Positions 53,746 to 64,000 of a DNA stretch of 64,000 nucleotides are shown here, piece by piece. The notes below the pieces were generated by a model, which did not search any database, was not told where the DNA came from, and was given only the letters and a program-made list of their open reading frames with translations. A program made the translations under genes and the position numbers. The stretch's first letter is position 1. Each line of letters begins with the position of its first letter. Source of the stretch: Candidatus Latescibacterota bacterium (lineage in GTDB: Bacteria > Latescibacterota > UBA2968); contig OZ240241.1 of assembly GCA_965198115.1 (NCBI GenBank), positions 672,001-736,000 on the forward strand, in the 5' to 3' direction.

Positions 53746-54736
53746 TCAGCTTGCCGCAAGTTCGCTGAGCGCCTTCGCTGCTTCTCCGTGTAGCAGTCCC
53801 ATACGCAGGACGTTTTCCTTCAGCTTTGCACGAAACGCAGGGTCGCTCCACCCGGCACCGAGGGTCTTTCCGTCGAGATAAGAAGCCGTCGTGGCGATGA
53901 GGCTGCGGTATCGTTCGACGGCGCGTGCCCGTGCGTCGGGATGTGTGTCGATGACGGCACTCGTTTGTTCGAGAAACTCGATGGCGCACTGTGTGGTTCC
54001 GACGACACGTTGAAAGGTACGATACGCGCACGTATAGGATTTCTCTCCGCACGGTTCGCAGAACGGTTCGTGGTCGAGGTGTTCGGCCACGGCGTCGTAG
54101 AGGACGCCGCCATACCTGAATCGGTTGCTTCCGAACGAGCCGCCGGCCACCTGTGCGCCGAAAGATCAAGGCGTCGTGAACGGCATCTTCCTGAAGGAGT
54201 GTGGGATCGTCTGGTGTGAAGATGTAGGCAAGGTCGGTCTTGTGGGGTGGCTGGATGTCGGCGCACAATTTTTCGAAGCTCGGGACCGTCGCGAACGGCA
54301 GTCGAGAGATGTCGTCCGACCATCCGGTCAGGACACTCCACGACGGCCTCGTACGGACGATCACCCGCTGGCCATCAGCCAGAGCGCGCTTGAGCATGCA
54401 GAGATAGCGCCTTCGCGAGTCGGGCAACGCGCCGGGCTCGGGATGGGTATCCCATTCGGCATTCTGATGGCCCGTGACCTTTTCGACGGTAAAGCCGAGC
54501 GCGCGACTGAGAAAGTCGAGGCGGATGTCATCGCCGCCTTCCGTCCACCACGCGTGACAGTTTTCGCCCGTGTCGAGAACGGGAGAGAAGGCGGTGCCGG
54601 ACAGACCGGCGATATTGGCATAGTCGGCTTTGCGACCCCACGAACCGAGGATGGCACAGAGACAGGCGATGAAGGAGCCGTGGACGTTGGGGTCGGCCTG
54701 GATTTGGAGGGAAATGATGGGGACGGTTGTAGACAT
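53746..54736 (-). pseudogene. Hypothetical protein, frameshifted near 54160
   Basis: Two adjoining frames join ('ALIF' to 'GAQVAGGSFG'); AGGAG RBS. Confidence 0.55.
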
Positions 54737-54778
54737 GGATATCTCCTAGGCCCTTTTCCTCTCGAATGCTTTCGTTTT

Positions 54779-57700
54779 CTATGCGGCGACGGTCGGTTGG
54801 ATGTCGACGTAGGGCGCGAAGTCTTTGAATGAATTCTCCAACCGTCGGGACGCGATGTCGAGATCGACCATGTTGGGTGACCAGGTGACGGCAGTGATGG
54901 TATCGGCCTCGAGCGTGTAGGTTCCCCACTCCTCGGAAACAGTACCCCGGACTTCGAACGGACCGGGCTCTGCCAGGGTGTCGGCGAAGCGGTCGTAGAC
55001 GTCGGGCCAGAAGACGATGTCGACGACTTCGGTCTTGTCTTCAAGCGTGATGAAGAGCATCGGTTGGCCGCTGTGGGCGACGTGATGGACACGGCGCGTG
55101 ACCGGCCAGCCAAAGACCTTGACGCGCTGGTCGACGTGTTCGTGGATGCGGCCTGCGGGGACGGCGTTTCGTGAAGCCGGGTGCATGCTGAGTATTTCCA
55201 GGATGTTGCCCGAAAGCATGAAGCCCAGGAACTCGAGCTCGTTGAGGCAGCGTTCGGCGAGTGTGTAGTCGTGTAAACCAGGATGTCTACCCCGGCTCAG
55301 AAGCGACCCCGGGGCGGGCTCTTCGCTGGAGCTACGGTGTCCTTGGGGTTCGAACAGCGTGGGCACGTCGGGTTTAAGGCGCCCTAGATGCCATCGAGCT
55401 GGTAAAGCAACTCGGGCTGGGTGAGACCGAAACTGTCGAACGCGCCGACGAGAATCAGCTTTTCTGCCTCTTTACGTCCGATATCGACGCGGCGAATGAA
55501 ATCGGTGAGGTTACGGAAATGACCGTTCGTATCGCGTTCGTGAAGGAGACCGTCGAGGCTCTTTTGCGTGAGATTTCGAACGTGCATGAGACCGGGGCGG
55601 ATCCAGTTGTGCTTCCCGTAGTAGCCGTCGTTCGATTCGTTGATGCCGATGGGGAGAATGCGGATGCCCAGCGACGAGCTTCGTTGAGGTAGACGTCTTT
55701 GGTGTAGAAGCCGTGCTGGTTGCTGATGACGGCGGCGAGGAACTGCGCTGGATAATACGCTTTGAGATACGTGCACTGGAACGAGAGCTGCGCGTAGCTG
55801 GCGCTGTGTGATTTGCAGAAGCTGAAGCCTGTGAAGGAGCCGACGCGGTTCCAGAGTTCGACGGCCTGCTCGCGACTGAGCCCACTCGTGTCGATACATC
55901 CCTGCATGAATTCTTCGGCGGTCTGACGGATGACGGCTTCGGCCTGTTCGCCTTCGTGCAGGCTGTTCATCATTTTTCGAATTTTGTCGGCCTTTTTGAA
56001 GCTGAGGCCGGCTACGCGATGGCAGATTTTGGTGACGTCTTCACTGGAAGGCGCAGACGTCGTGCGTTTCTTTGAGGATCGGTTCGAGTTGGGGATGGAG
56101 GTAGTCCCAGTCGACGATGCCGGCTTTGGCTTTGCGATGGCGCTCGATGAAGGTGGCGGTGTAGGAGGCGCCGGCGGGGCGGACGAGGCTCGAGGTGATG
56201 GCGAGTTCCTCGAACGACTCGACCTGCGCTTTTTTGTTGAGGCGTGTTTGGGCGGGGCTTTCGATGTAGAAAATGCCCTTGGTACGTCCTTTTCGAATGA
56301 TGTCGAGGACGCGTCCGTCGTGATAGCATTTTTCGAGATCCCAGACTTCGGGGTCGGGGTAGCCCTGATCGCTGAGCTGTCGGAGCCCGTCGCGCAGGAC
56401 CGAGAGCGATCCGTTCCCGAGGAGGTCGAATTTGATGAGGCCGAGTTCGTCGATGCCGCTGTGCATGTCGATCTGGGTGATGAGTCGGTTTTTGGGACCG
56501 CCGGAATACTCACACGCGACGTGACGTCGGATGGGATCGTTGGTGATGAGGAGTCCGCCGGGGTGTTGGCCCAGAAACCGGGGCTTCCCCTTGATGCGCT
56601 GCGCGATGGTCATGATGCGGTCGAGCTCGGCGTCGTGAATCCGTCGCGTTTTGGTTTTAAGACTTTTTTGGACTTCGGAGATCTCTTCTTCCGTATAGCC
56701 GAAGACTTTGGCCGTTTCGCGGAACGCGGCCCGTCCGCGGAAGTGGTTGGTCGTGCAGGTGATGGCGACACGGTCGCGGCCCCATTTGTCGATGACGTGG
56801 TCGAGGACGTCGTCGCGTTCGTCCCACCCGAAATCGAGGTCGGCATCGGGGGGCGACGCACGGTCTTCGTTCAAGAATCGCTGAAAATAAAGATCGTATT
56901 TGATGGGGTCGAGGTCGCTGGCACCGATGTTGTAAAAAGTGATGGAGTTGGCGGCCTCGAAGAATGGTGCAGTCTTTGGGGCGGCGGTAGCTTTCGCTGA
57001 GACGCTCGTTGGCCCAGTCTCGGACCTGTTTGACCATGATGAAGTAGGAGGGGTAGTCGAGTTTGGCGATGACGTCGAGCTCGGTTTTCTGAATTTCTCG
57101 CGCTCGGTCGTAGTCGGGTGTCCCGCCGTAGTTCTGCTCGAGACCGTCCCAAGCGATTTGGGCGAGGTAGGACTCGGGCGTGTGGCCGTCGGGGACGTCG
57201 ATGCGGGGCAGGATCCACTGCCCGAGCTCGAGCTCGACGATGCACCGGTCGGCGATGCGGGCCGTGTTGGCGATGGCCTCGGGGTGACCGGGGAAAAGAC
57301 GGGTCATCTGTTCGGCGGATTTGAGGAACGCGTTGCGCGACGCCGTTTCGTGCGGTTCGAGACGCGAGAGGGTGGATGCGTGGCCGATGGCCGTTAGAAT
57401 GCGATGCGTGTCGTGATCGTCGGTGTCGAGGAAGTAGCTGTTGTTGGTGGCGACGAGGGGGAGGTCGAGCTCGTGGGCAACGGCCTCGAGCTGTCGGCTG
57501 CGCCGGCGGGTGAGGGCGCCGTTGTTGACGACCTCGCCGTAGAGGGTGTGACGGTTGGGTGTTTGAGCGAGTTGACGGAGAAGGTGGGGAAAGCCGGTCA
57601 GGAAGAAAAGATTGGGCCAGGGTTTTGCAAAGACGTCGGTGAAGGTGAAGTCGGGGTCGACGTGACGTCGGGTGATGATTTCGCAAAGATCGCCGTAGCC

Positions 57701-58063
57701 CTGCGCGTTTTGAGCAAGCAACAAGACCGTGTTTAAGGGTTGCCCGGCCTGGACGGCGCCGACGCCTCTCGCATTTATGGATCGTGAAGGCGAGAGGGAG
57801 TCAAATCCCTCGGATTTGACCAACTGATTTCGCGACGTGGGGTGTTGCGATCCCGAGGGGTCGGTGAGCTCGACACCGAGGATGGGTTTGATGCCGTTGG
57901 CCCGACACGCGAGGTAGAAGCGGATGAGGCCGCTCATACGGTCGGTGTCGGTGAGCGCGACTGCCTCGAAACCGTGGACGGCTGCCCGCGCGGCCAACGC
58001 TTCGGGCGAGCAGACACCGGCGTGGAACGAGTAGGTGGAATGACAATGGAGTGGAACGAACAC
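54779..58063 (-). pseudogene. dnaE2: Error-prone DNA polymerase III alpha subunit with at least four frameshifts
   Basis: PHP motifs 'HCHSTYS' and 'ALTD'; 'PDADLDF'; 'KFDLLG'; 'FCKSHSASYA'; OB-fold 'MLFITLED'; short C-terminus. Confidence 0.88.
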
Positions 58064-58163
58064 CGCGCACCTCTCCCCAGTTCCGACCGGTGAGCAGCAG
58101 AGGTCGGAAGTCAGAGGTCAGGGAGAGGAGATGATGAATCGCGCGAAGGGGCGCGCTGTTACA

Positions 58164-58226
58164 ATGTACTGTAAGTACATCAAAATAGGTGAACACATGT
58201 ATACCTATCGGCAGGGAAAAAGTCAA
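58164..58226 (-). promoter_or_regulatory. Candidate dnaE2 promoter with palindromic operators
   Basis: TTGACT-17 nt-TATACA on the minus strand, overlapped by palindrome 58185-58208; second palindrome at 58164-58180. Confidence 0.5.
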
Positions 58227-58528
58227 AGGGAAAAATGCAAAGTTGGTGAGTGTCGACTCGTTGTATAGGTGGAGATAGTCACGACTCGGGATCGCGCGTC
58301 GTCCGTCGGGGCTGACGAAACGACAAAGTGCCTGTTTCTGCGTCTCGTAGGAATCCGGGTTGCTGCCGGAGTGGATCGAGCCTATATTTGAACCATCGGC
58401 TTGATCGACACTTCCCCTGTCGGTGGGCTTGGCCGGTAATCTCTTTATTTTTCAGCAGTTTACTCTTCCCCGCACACGACTTCTCCCTTCAAGCGGCAGC
58501 TTTCATCCTCTTTGCGTCGGGGGCGCTT

Positions 58529-58846
58529 ATGGATGCTATTCTGTCGATCGTTCTGCTCGGGTCGGTCTACTACTCGTGCAAGCTGATTCTCCGTTTCATT
58601 TCCCACCGATCTGCCATTCTGCCGCAGATTCTGTTTCTGGAGGCCGAAATCGCTCGGATTTCAGAACAGACCGATGACGAACAGGTTTTTGTCATCGGTC
58701 TGCGCGAGCGTGTGACGGGGCTCCAAGGCTGTCTCGTGCGGCTCCAAACGCGCGGACCAATTGCTTACAGCGAATTGTCGAGAGCGGAATTACCGAAAAC
58801 GTCACGTCCTCGTACCGTGAGGGCTGGCGCTGGAGACAGGTCATGA
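58529..58846 (+). CDS. Hypothetical membrane-anchored coiled-coil protein (possibly frameshifted near the 3' end)
   Basis: 'MDAILSIVLLGSVYYSCKLIL' followed by heptads. Confidence 0.45.
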   Translation: MDAILSIVLLGSVYYSCKLILRFISHRSAILPQILFLEAEIARISEQTDDEQVFVIGLRERVTGLQGCLVRLQTRGPIAYSELSRAELPKTSRPRTVRAGAGDRS

Positions 58847-59221
58847 TTGACTGGATGCTTGTGCTCGTGGACTTTGGATGTATGGTGTTTCTCGCAAAAT
58901 CGATCATGGAACACACCTATTTTGTGCGCGAAGTGCAGCCGCAGATCGATGCGTTGCTCGATCGCGCCCGAGAAGTTCGAAGCCCGGGGAGAAGCGGAGG
59001 CCGAAAAGAGGAATGAAGCGCGTTCCCGCCTGCCCGAGCTCAAAGAGGCGGTTCGAGCCGTCGAGCGAGAGACCGAGGAGGTGCGTCGCTCGCTTCAGCG
59101 TGCCCACGATCAGTTCGAGCAGCTGGAGAACCTGGCAAACGAGCGTCACTTCAAACGGGGCGTCAAGGACGGACGCCGAGCTGCCGCTGTTCACAATGCG
59201 GTGGGTGCGGCAGCCAGCTAA
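58843..59221 (+). pseudogene. Hypothetical membrane-anchored coiled-coil protein, frameshifted near 58968
   Basis: 'MIDWMLVLVDFGCMVFLAKSIMEH...LLDRA' continues in another frame as 'EKFEARGEAEAEK'. Confidence 0.55.
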
Positions 59222-59330
59222 TTCAGGAGGATTCTGTTAAAGGAATCGGCCTATACGACGATATCTGGGATGTGTGATTCATTTCTTTGGGAGGGCGCCC
59301 GCCAGGAAGGCAGTTGCGCTCTTAATGTGA

Positions 59331-59359
59331 GAAGGCCCCGAGCGGTGCTCGGGGCCTTC
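59331..59359. terminator. Hairpin between convergent genes
   Basis: GAAGGCCCCGAGC-GGT-GCTCGGGGCCTTC. Confidence 0.7.
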
Positions 59360-59398
59360 TTCATGCTTTCCGGCGATGATGGAGTGCCGTGGGTGGCA

Positions 59399-59953
59399 CT
59401 ACATCCAGTTCAATGTCTGCTGGCTGACGATTCGGTTGACCCGGCGCGGTGGCAGCGAGACCGTGGTCAACGTGAGCCGTACGTCGAGCGGGTCTGCCTC
59501 GACGGTCTCGCCCGTGGGTTCCAGGATCACGGTACAGACGTGACCGGTTCTGGGGAGGGGCCCAAAGGCCAGGCGTGTCGCACCGAAGGACGCTGCTCCT
59601 ATGCTCCTGCCGACCTGTTCGAACTCATCCCAGTCGACGACCGAGACGATCCGATAAGGGGCGCTCAGACCGGTCGACGCGTTCCGGAGGTGCAGACTGT
59701 ACTCGAAAATCTGTCTCCCTGCCTGGCGTGGCGCGAAGACCTGAATTTCGACCTTCTCGCCGGAGCGAGGTCGGGTTGCCACCCGACCGCCGCTGTATAT
59801 CGCAGGACTCTCGACGTGCGTGTCCAGCAGAAGGAAGCCGGGTGATTCGAAAATCTGGGTCAGCGGCAAATGGCGCTGTGCGTCGACCTGTGAAGTCACC
59901 GTGAACAGAGTGATCAGCACGAAGCCGATTGAATTTGTGGAGCGGGGCATCAT
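59399..59953 (-). CDS. Hypothetical secreted protein
   Basis: Signal-peptide-like N-terminus ending 'VDA-Q'; 184 aa. Confidence 0.6.
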   Translation of the reverse strand: MMPRSTNSIGFVLITLFTVTSQVDAQRHLPLTQIFESPGFLLLDTHVESPAIYSGGRVATRPRSGEKVEIQVFAPRQAGRQIFEYSLHLRNASTGLSAPYRIVSVVDWDEFEQVGRSIGAASFGATRLAFGPLPRTGHVCTVILEPTGETVEADPLDVRLTLTTVSLPPRRVNRIVSQQTLNWM

Positions 59954-59958
59954 CCCAC

Positions 59959-60246
59959 CTATCGACCGGGGCTCGTCCGGTCTTCAGTGTCGTCTGGTGG
60001 CAACCTCCGGATGGCACGCCAGATGGCGAACTTGATCTGAACGGCTCCCTCCAGCCTATCCCGACGGGCTTTGGCCGATCGGTCGCCCTTTGCGTAACGA
60101 AGGATCAGTTCGTGCAGACGGTGCAGGTCTTCGAGGAGTTGCTGACAGAGTTTGTTTTCGGCAGACACGCCGAAGGAATTTGCAAAGAGGATGCCACCGT
60201 GGTGTCGTGCATTACGGGACCATCCTGGCGGTGCCGCCATCATCAA
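59959..60246 (-). CDS. Hypothetical protein
   Basis: 95-aa ORF filling the gap within a co-directional run. Confidence 0.35.
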   Translation of the reverse strand: MMMAAPPGWSRNARHHGGILFANSFGVSAENKLCQQLLEDLHRLHELILRYAKGDRSAKARRDRLEGAVQIKFAIWRAIRRLPPDDTEDRTSPGR

Positions 60247-60289
60247 GGGTGTAAGGTCTGTTCATACGCGTTCCGAAGGGCAACGATGC

Positions 60290-60953
60290 TTACGGCTCCG
60301 GGGTTCGCGAGCTTGCTTCGAAGTCGATGATTTCGACACCTTGAATGTAGGGCCGGGTGACGACGTCTCTGAGCTTCTGCATTTGCTTGACGATGTCGCT
60401 GATTCGAATCCCGGCCTTCTGAAACGTCTCGAACGTCTCTCGCGCCGGGTCGTCCTCCGGGAGCCTCATCAGCATGAGGTCGGCCGTGCCGAGGAGTGCG
60501 GTGAGGGGCTGGTTGATTTCGTGGGCGGCCGCACCGGCTGCCTGCGTCAGGACGCGGTAGCGTTCGGCGTCGATCAACTTTTCCTGTAGTTCGATGACAC
60601 GCAGGCCGACATCGAGTCGCGCTTTGAGCTCCTGGCGGTCGAACGGTTTCCGGACGTAGTCGTTCGCGCCGGCTTCGAGCCCCGACACGAGATCATCGGT
60701 CTCGAGCGGTCAGAAGAATGATGTGGAGCAACTGACCGTGATCGAGCTCTCTGACCCGACGGCAAAGCTCGGGACCTTCGATGCCGGGCATCATCCAATC
60801 GAGGATCGCGATTCTGGGCGTCGTTGGTTTCTGAAGCTCTTCCCAGGCCTGCGTTCCGTCATCGCAGGCGATGCACGAGTGCCCCCACTTTTCCAGGTTG
60901 ACCCGCAGCAGGTGTTGCCCGACAGGTTCGTCTTCAGCGATCAGAACTTCCAC
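60290..60953 (-). pseudogene. Response regulator (receiver plus HisKA-like helix), frameshifted near 60695
   Basis: 'LIAEDE', 'LDWMMPG', 'LLTA', then 'GLEAGANDYVRKP' and 'AHEINQPL'. Confidence 0.85.
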
Positions 60954-60966
60954 GGCTCAGTCCTTC

Positions 60967-63147
60967 CTATGAAGCGGCGGCCCGTGTTCGCTCTTCCACC
61001 ATTCGTTCGAGCTTCGATTTCAACGAATCGACGGAGTGGATCAGGGTTGGGTAGAGTGACTTCGCGTTTTCCTCGGCCGCGCTTTCCAGCGCCACGACGA
61101 TTCCCAGCGAGTGTTGCGCGCTCATGTTGCTCAGCGCACCCTTGAGTCGGTGGGCGGCAGCGTAGATTTCCTTGTCCTCACCTGCCTCGATTGCCGTGCA
61201 GAGGGTCTCGAGTTGAGTGGGCAGGTCCTCGAGGAAGATCCGAACTACGTCCTTCAACAGATCCGTATCTCCCTGCAGCCGTCGCATCAACGCGTCCTCG
61301 TCGACGGCCGGTGCACGACCATCCACACGCCTGGATTCCTCTGGCTGGCGTCCGATGAGCGCATCGATCTCGTGCATGAGCTCGTCCATCTCGATCGGCT
61401 TTCGCACATACCCATCCATCCCCGCTTCGATGCACGTTCCCGATCGCCCTTCATCGCGTGGGCGGTGAGCGCGATGATCGGCGTACGGCTATCCTGCCCT
61501 TTGTGTGCGCGAATTCGGGCGGTGGCCTCGAATCCGTCCAAACCCGGCATCTGCAAGTCCATGAGAATGGCGTCGAACGACCCGGAGAGGGCGGCCTCGA
61601 CGGCCGAATCTCCGTCGCTGACAACCTGGACACGATGGCCCAGCCGGTTGAGGAGCCCCTCAGCCACCGTCTGATTGACCGGGTTGTCTTCGGCCAGCAG
61701 AAGATGAAGCGAGCGGTCCTCGGCGGATGTCACCTCACGGCCGATCAGCTGAGCGGTCACTGTCTCGCCCGATCGGTCGGAAACGCGGGCTCGGTCGAAA
61801 ATAGCCGTAAACGTGAAAGTGCTGCCCGCTCCCTCGACACTTTCGACCGAAAGCTGACCTCTCATCCCGTCGACGAGTTGCTGTGAAATGGGTAGTCCGA
61901 GCCCGGTTCCCCCGAATCGTCGTGTCGATGACGCATCGGCTTGAGCGAAGGCTTCGAAGATCAGGTCGAGCTTTTCTGATGCAATCCCGATCCCCGTGTC
62001 GGATACCGAGGCTCTGATTGTCACGCTGTCGTCCGCGATGTGGTCCGTGGTGACGCGCACAACGACCTCACCCTGATCCGTGAACTTGATCGCATTCCCG
62101 ACGAGATTCATGACCACCTGGCGCAGGCGATGGCCGTCGCCTACGAGGTCGTCTGGCACCTCGTTTCCGACGTCCAGAATCAGCTCGATGCCTTTTTCGT
62201 GCGCTCGGGCGGCAAGAGTCTTGAGGGTGTCTCCCACCACGTCGCGAAGGGCGAAGGGCTCGCGGACGAAATCCATCTTTCCGGCCTCGATCTTCGAGAA
62301 GTCGAGGATGTCGTTCAATAGATCGAGCAGGTTGTCCGCGGATGTTCTGACCGTCGAAAGATATTCGGCCTGCTCGTCCGTCAGGCTCGTGTCAAGAGCG
62401 AGGTCGGTCATGCCGATGATCCCGTTCATGGGCGTCCTGATCTCGTGGCTCATGTTTGCCAGGAACTCGCTCTTGGCTAGGCTGGCTTCGTCAGCGGTCT
62501 CCTTGGCGGTCTGGAGTTCGGCATTCCTCTGCTCGAGTGCCTCTAGATCTTCGGCGCGCGTGATGCCCAGGGAGAGACGTTCCGCCACGGCTTCGAGATA
62601 GGTGATGTCTTCGTCGCTGAACGCGTTGGCCCGGTTGCTGATCACGGCCATCGTGCCTCGTGCGTGCGGAATGTCTACAATGCTTTCAACCTGGATCCCC
62701 AAGCGCTCGGACAGCTCTGTCCACTCGCGTCCACTTCCGACCGGTCCCCGCTCGGGCCGATACGCGGTCTCCCCCTTTGTCCACATTTGCATGACACTCG
62801 GTCTGGGTCGCTTGAACACGCGAACATTGTTCGATGCGACCTCGACCGTTTCGAACAGTTCTTCCTGCTCGTTGATGACGCGATGGATGGAAAGGGCTTT
62901 TACCGCGATGCCGAGCCAGCGGAGCTGCGAGAAACACGTACTCGCGACGTCGTTGAGGTTCGCCGGTCGGCGCATTGCCAGGACCGCCCTGTTGATCTGG
63001 ACGAGGGCCAACTGGCGACCGATCTGGACTTCCAGGTTCTCGGTGACATCTTGAAGCTCGACGTTTCGCGTTTCGAGCTGTTCGAGATCTTCGACCCGTA
63101 TGATTCCAAGAGACACACTCTCACTAACGAGAGTTACAAACTCGATA
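60967..63147 (-). pseudogene. Hybrid sensor histidine kinase (GAF-HisKA-HATPase-REC-Hpt), 5' part cut by IS256 and frameshifted near 61435
   Basis: '[15 protein letters not shown]', '[10 protein letters not shown]', 'GGTGLGL', 'LMDLQMP', Hpt 'AAHRLKGA'. Confidence 0.9.
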
Positions 63148-64000
63148 GGTGAGGTCCCTATCCTAGTTGAAACTTAAAGGGCTCCAAACTTACGTTGTGG
63201 GTACGCGTGTGAGAGCGTGTACCCGTAAGAAAGGAGCCCACGATGGAGAAGCTATTTGCAGGGGATGGCGAAGTCAAGGTTGGGTCAGACGTTATGGATT
63301 TGGAGACGCGTTTATCGGTGATCCGGGCGCTGATTCCGCTGGGTCTGGAGGCCGTTGCCGACGTGCTCCAGCAGGAGGTGGAGCAGCTCGCAGGCGTTCG
63401 GTATGCGCGTAAGGGTTCAGAGCAGTCGCATCGTCGATGGGGAAGCCAGAAAGGGTCCGTGTATCTGATGGACCAGAAGCTGCCGGTGGCCGTTCCCCGT
63501 GTGCGCGACGTCGAGTCCGATACGGAGGTTTCTCTGGCCGCATACCGGGGGATGCAGAGGCCCAGAGCGATGGATGAGAAGCTGCTGCTTCGTGTGCTCA
63601 AGGGAATCTCCTGTCGCAACTACAGAGCCTGTGCAGAGTCGGTACCCGAAGCGTTCGGAATTTCGGCATCCTCCGTCTCGCGACGGTTCATCAAAGCCAC
63701 CGCAAAGAAGCTGAAGCAGTTCCAGGAACGACCGCTCGACGACTACGACTTGGTCGCCCTGTTCATCGACGGAAAGAGCTTTGCCGACGAAGAGATCGTG
63801 ATCGCTCCGGGCGTCACGACGGACGGCCAGAAGATCCCCCTGGGCTTCGTCGAATCGGCGACGGAGAACGAACGGATCTGCCGTCAGCTGATCCAGGATC
63901 TCATCCGGAGAGGCCTGTGCTACGACCAGGGCCTTCTCGTTGTGCTGGACGGCTCAAAGGGACTCCGCAGTGCCGTCACCAAAGCCCTCAAAGGGGATGT
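63148..64000 (+). mobile_element. IS256-family element B, copy 2 (runs off the window; transposase starts at 63243)
   Basis: Begins with IR GGTGAGGTCCCTATCCTAGTTGAAACT; near-identical to copy 1. Confidence 0.95.

Noticed and set aside
55930-57000. Long antisense ORFs (this one and similar ones opposite the tape measure, IS and imuB genes)
   Set aside because: They mirror real genes on the other strand, as expected from GC-rich codon bias, and carry no motifs.
54779-58063. Programmed frameshifting, intein or naturally split dnaE
   Set aside because: Breaks fall inside conserved motifs with no slippery heptamers or intein termini; decay or sequencing error is simpler.

Overview
Mosaic, GC-rich bacterial region in five blocks. 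(1) 1-12.5 kb: apparently intact tail module of a siphovirus-like prophage, with two tail-tube-like genes, a -1 frameshifted chaperone, tape measure and tip genes. It ends in a tail fibre with a 38-triplet collagen stretch, translationally coupled to a 2OG-Fe(II) oxygenase and a GT-A glycosyltransferase, then a HEPN-like moron and a 3' tRNA-Pro(CGG) fragment (att site). (2) 12.5-35.7 kb: an IS-riddled island with nested IS256 elements, four ISL3 copies, an IS630, an ISAzo13-like element, an intact TonB-dependent receptor, gene remnants and a destroyed type I R-M locus. (3) 35.8-47.6 kb: an intact catabolic cluster (SDR, LLM monooxygenase, enolase-family dehydratase, ThDP enzyme, two PhyH dioxygenases, HpcH aldolase, D-2-hydroxyacid dehydrogenase, LarA-family protein) plus a Phd-VapC pair. 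(4) 48-58.2 kb: a decaying SOS-mutagenesis-type cassette (DnaE2, ImuB-like Y-family protein, DUF72). (5) 58.5-64 kb: frameshifted signalling genes cut by a second IS256. The best candidate for a new system is the phage collagen fibre-hydroxylase-glycosyltransferase module, which resembles eukaryotic collagen Pro/Lys hydroxylation and glycosylation. All family calls come from motif recognition, not database searches.
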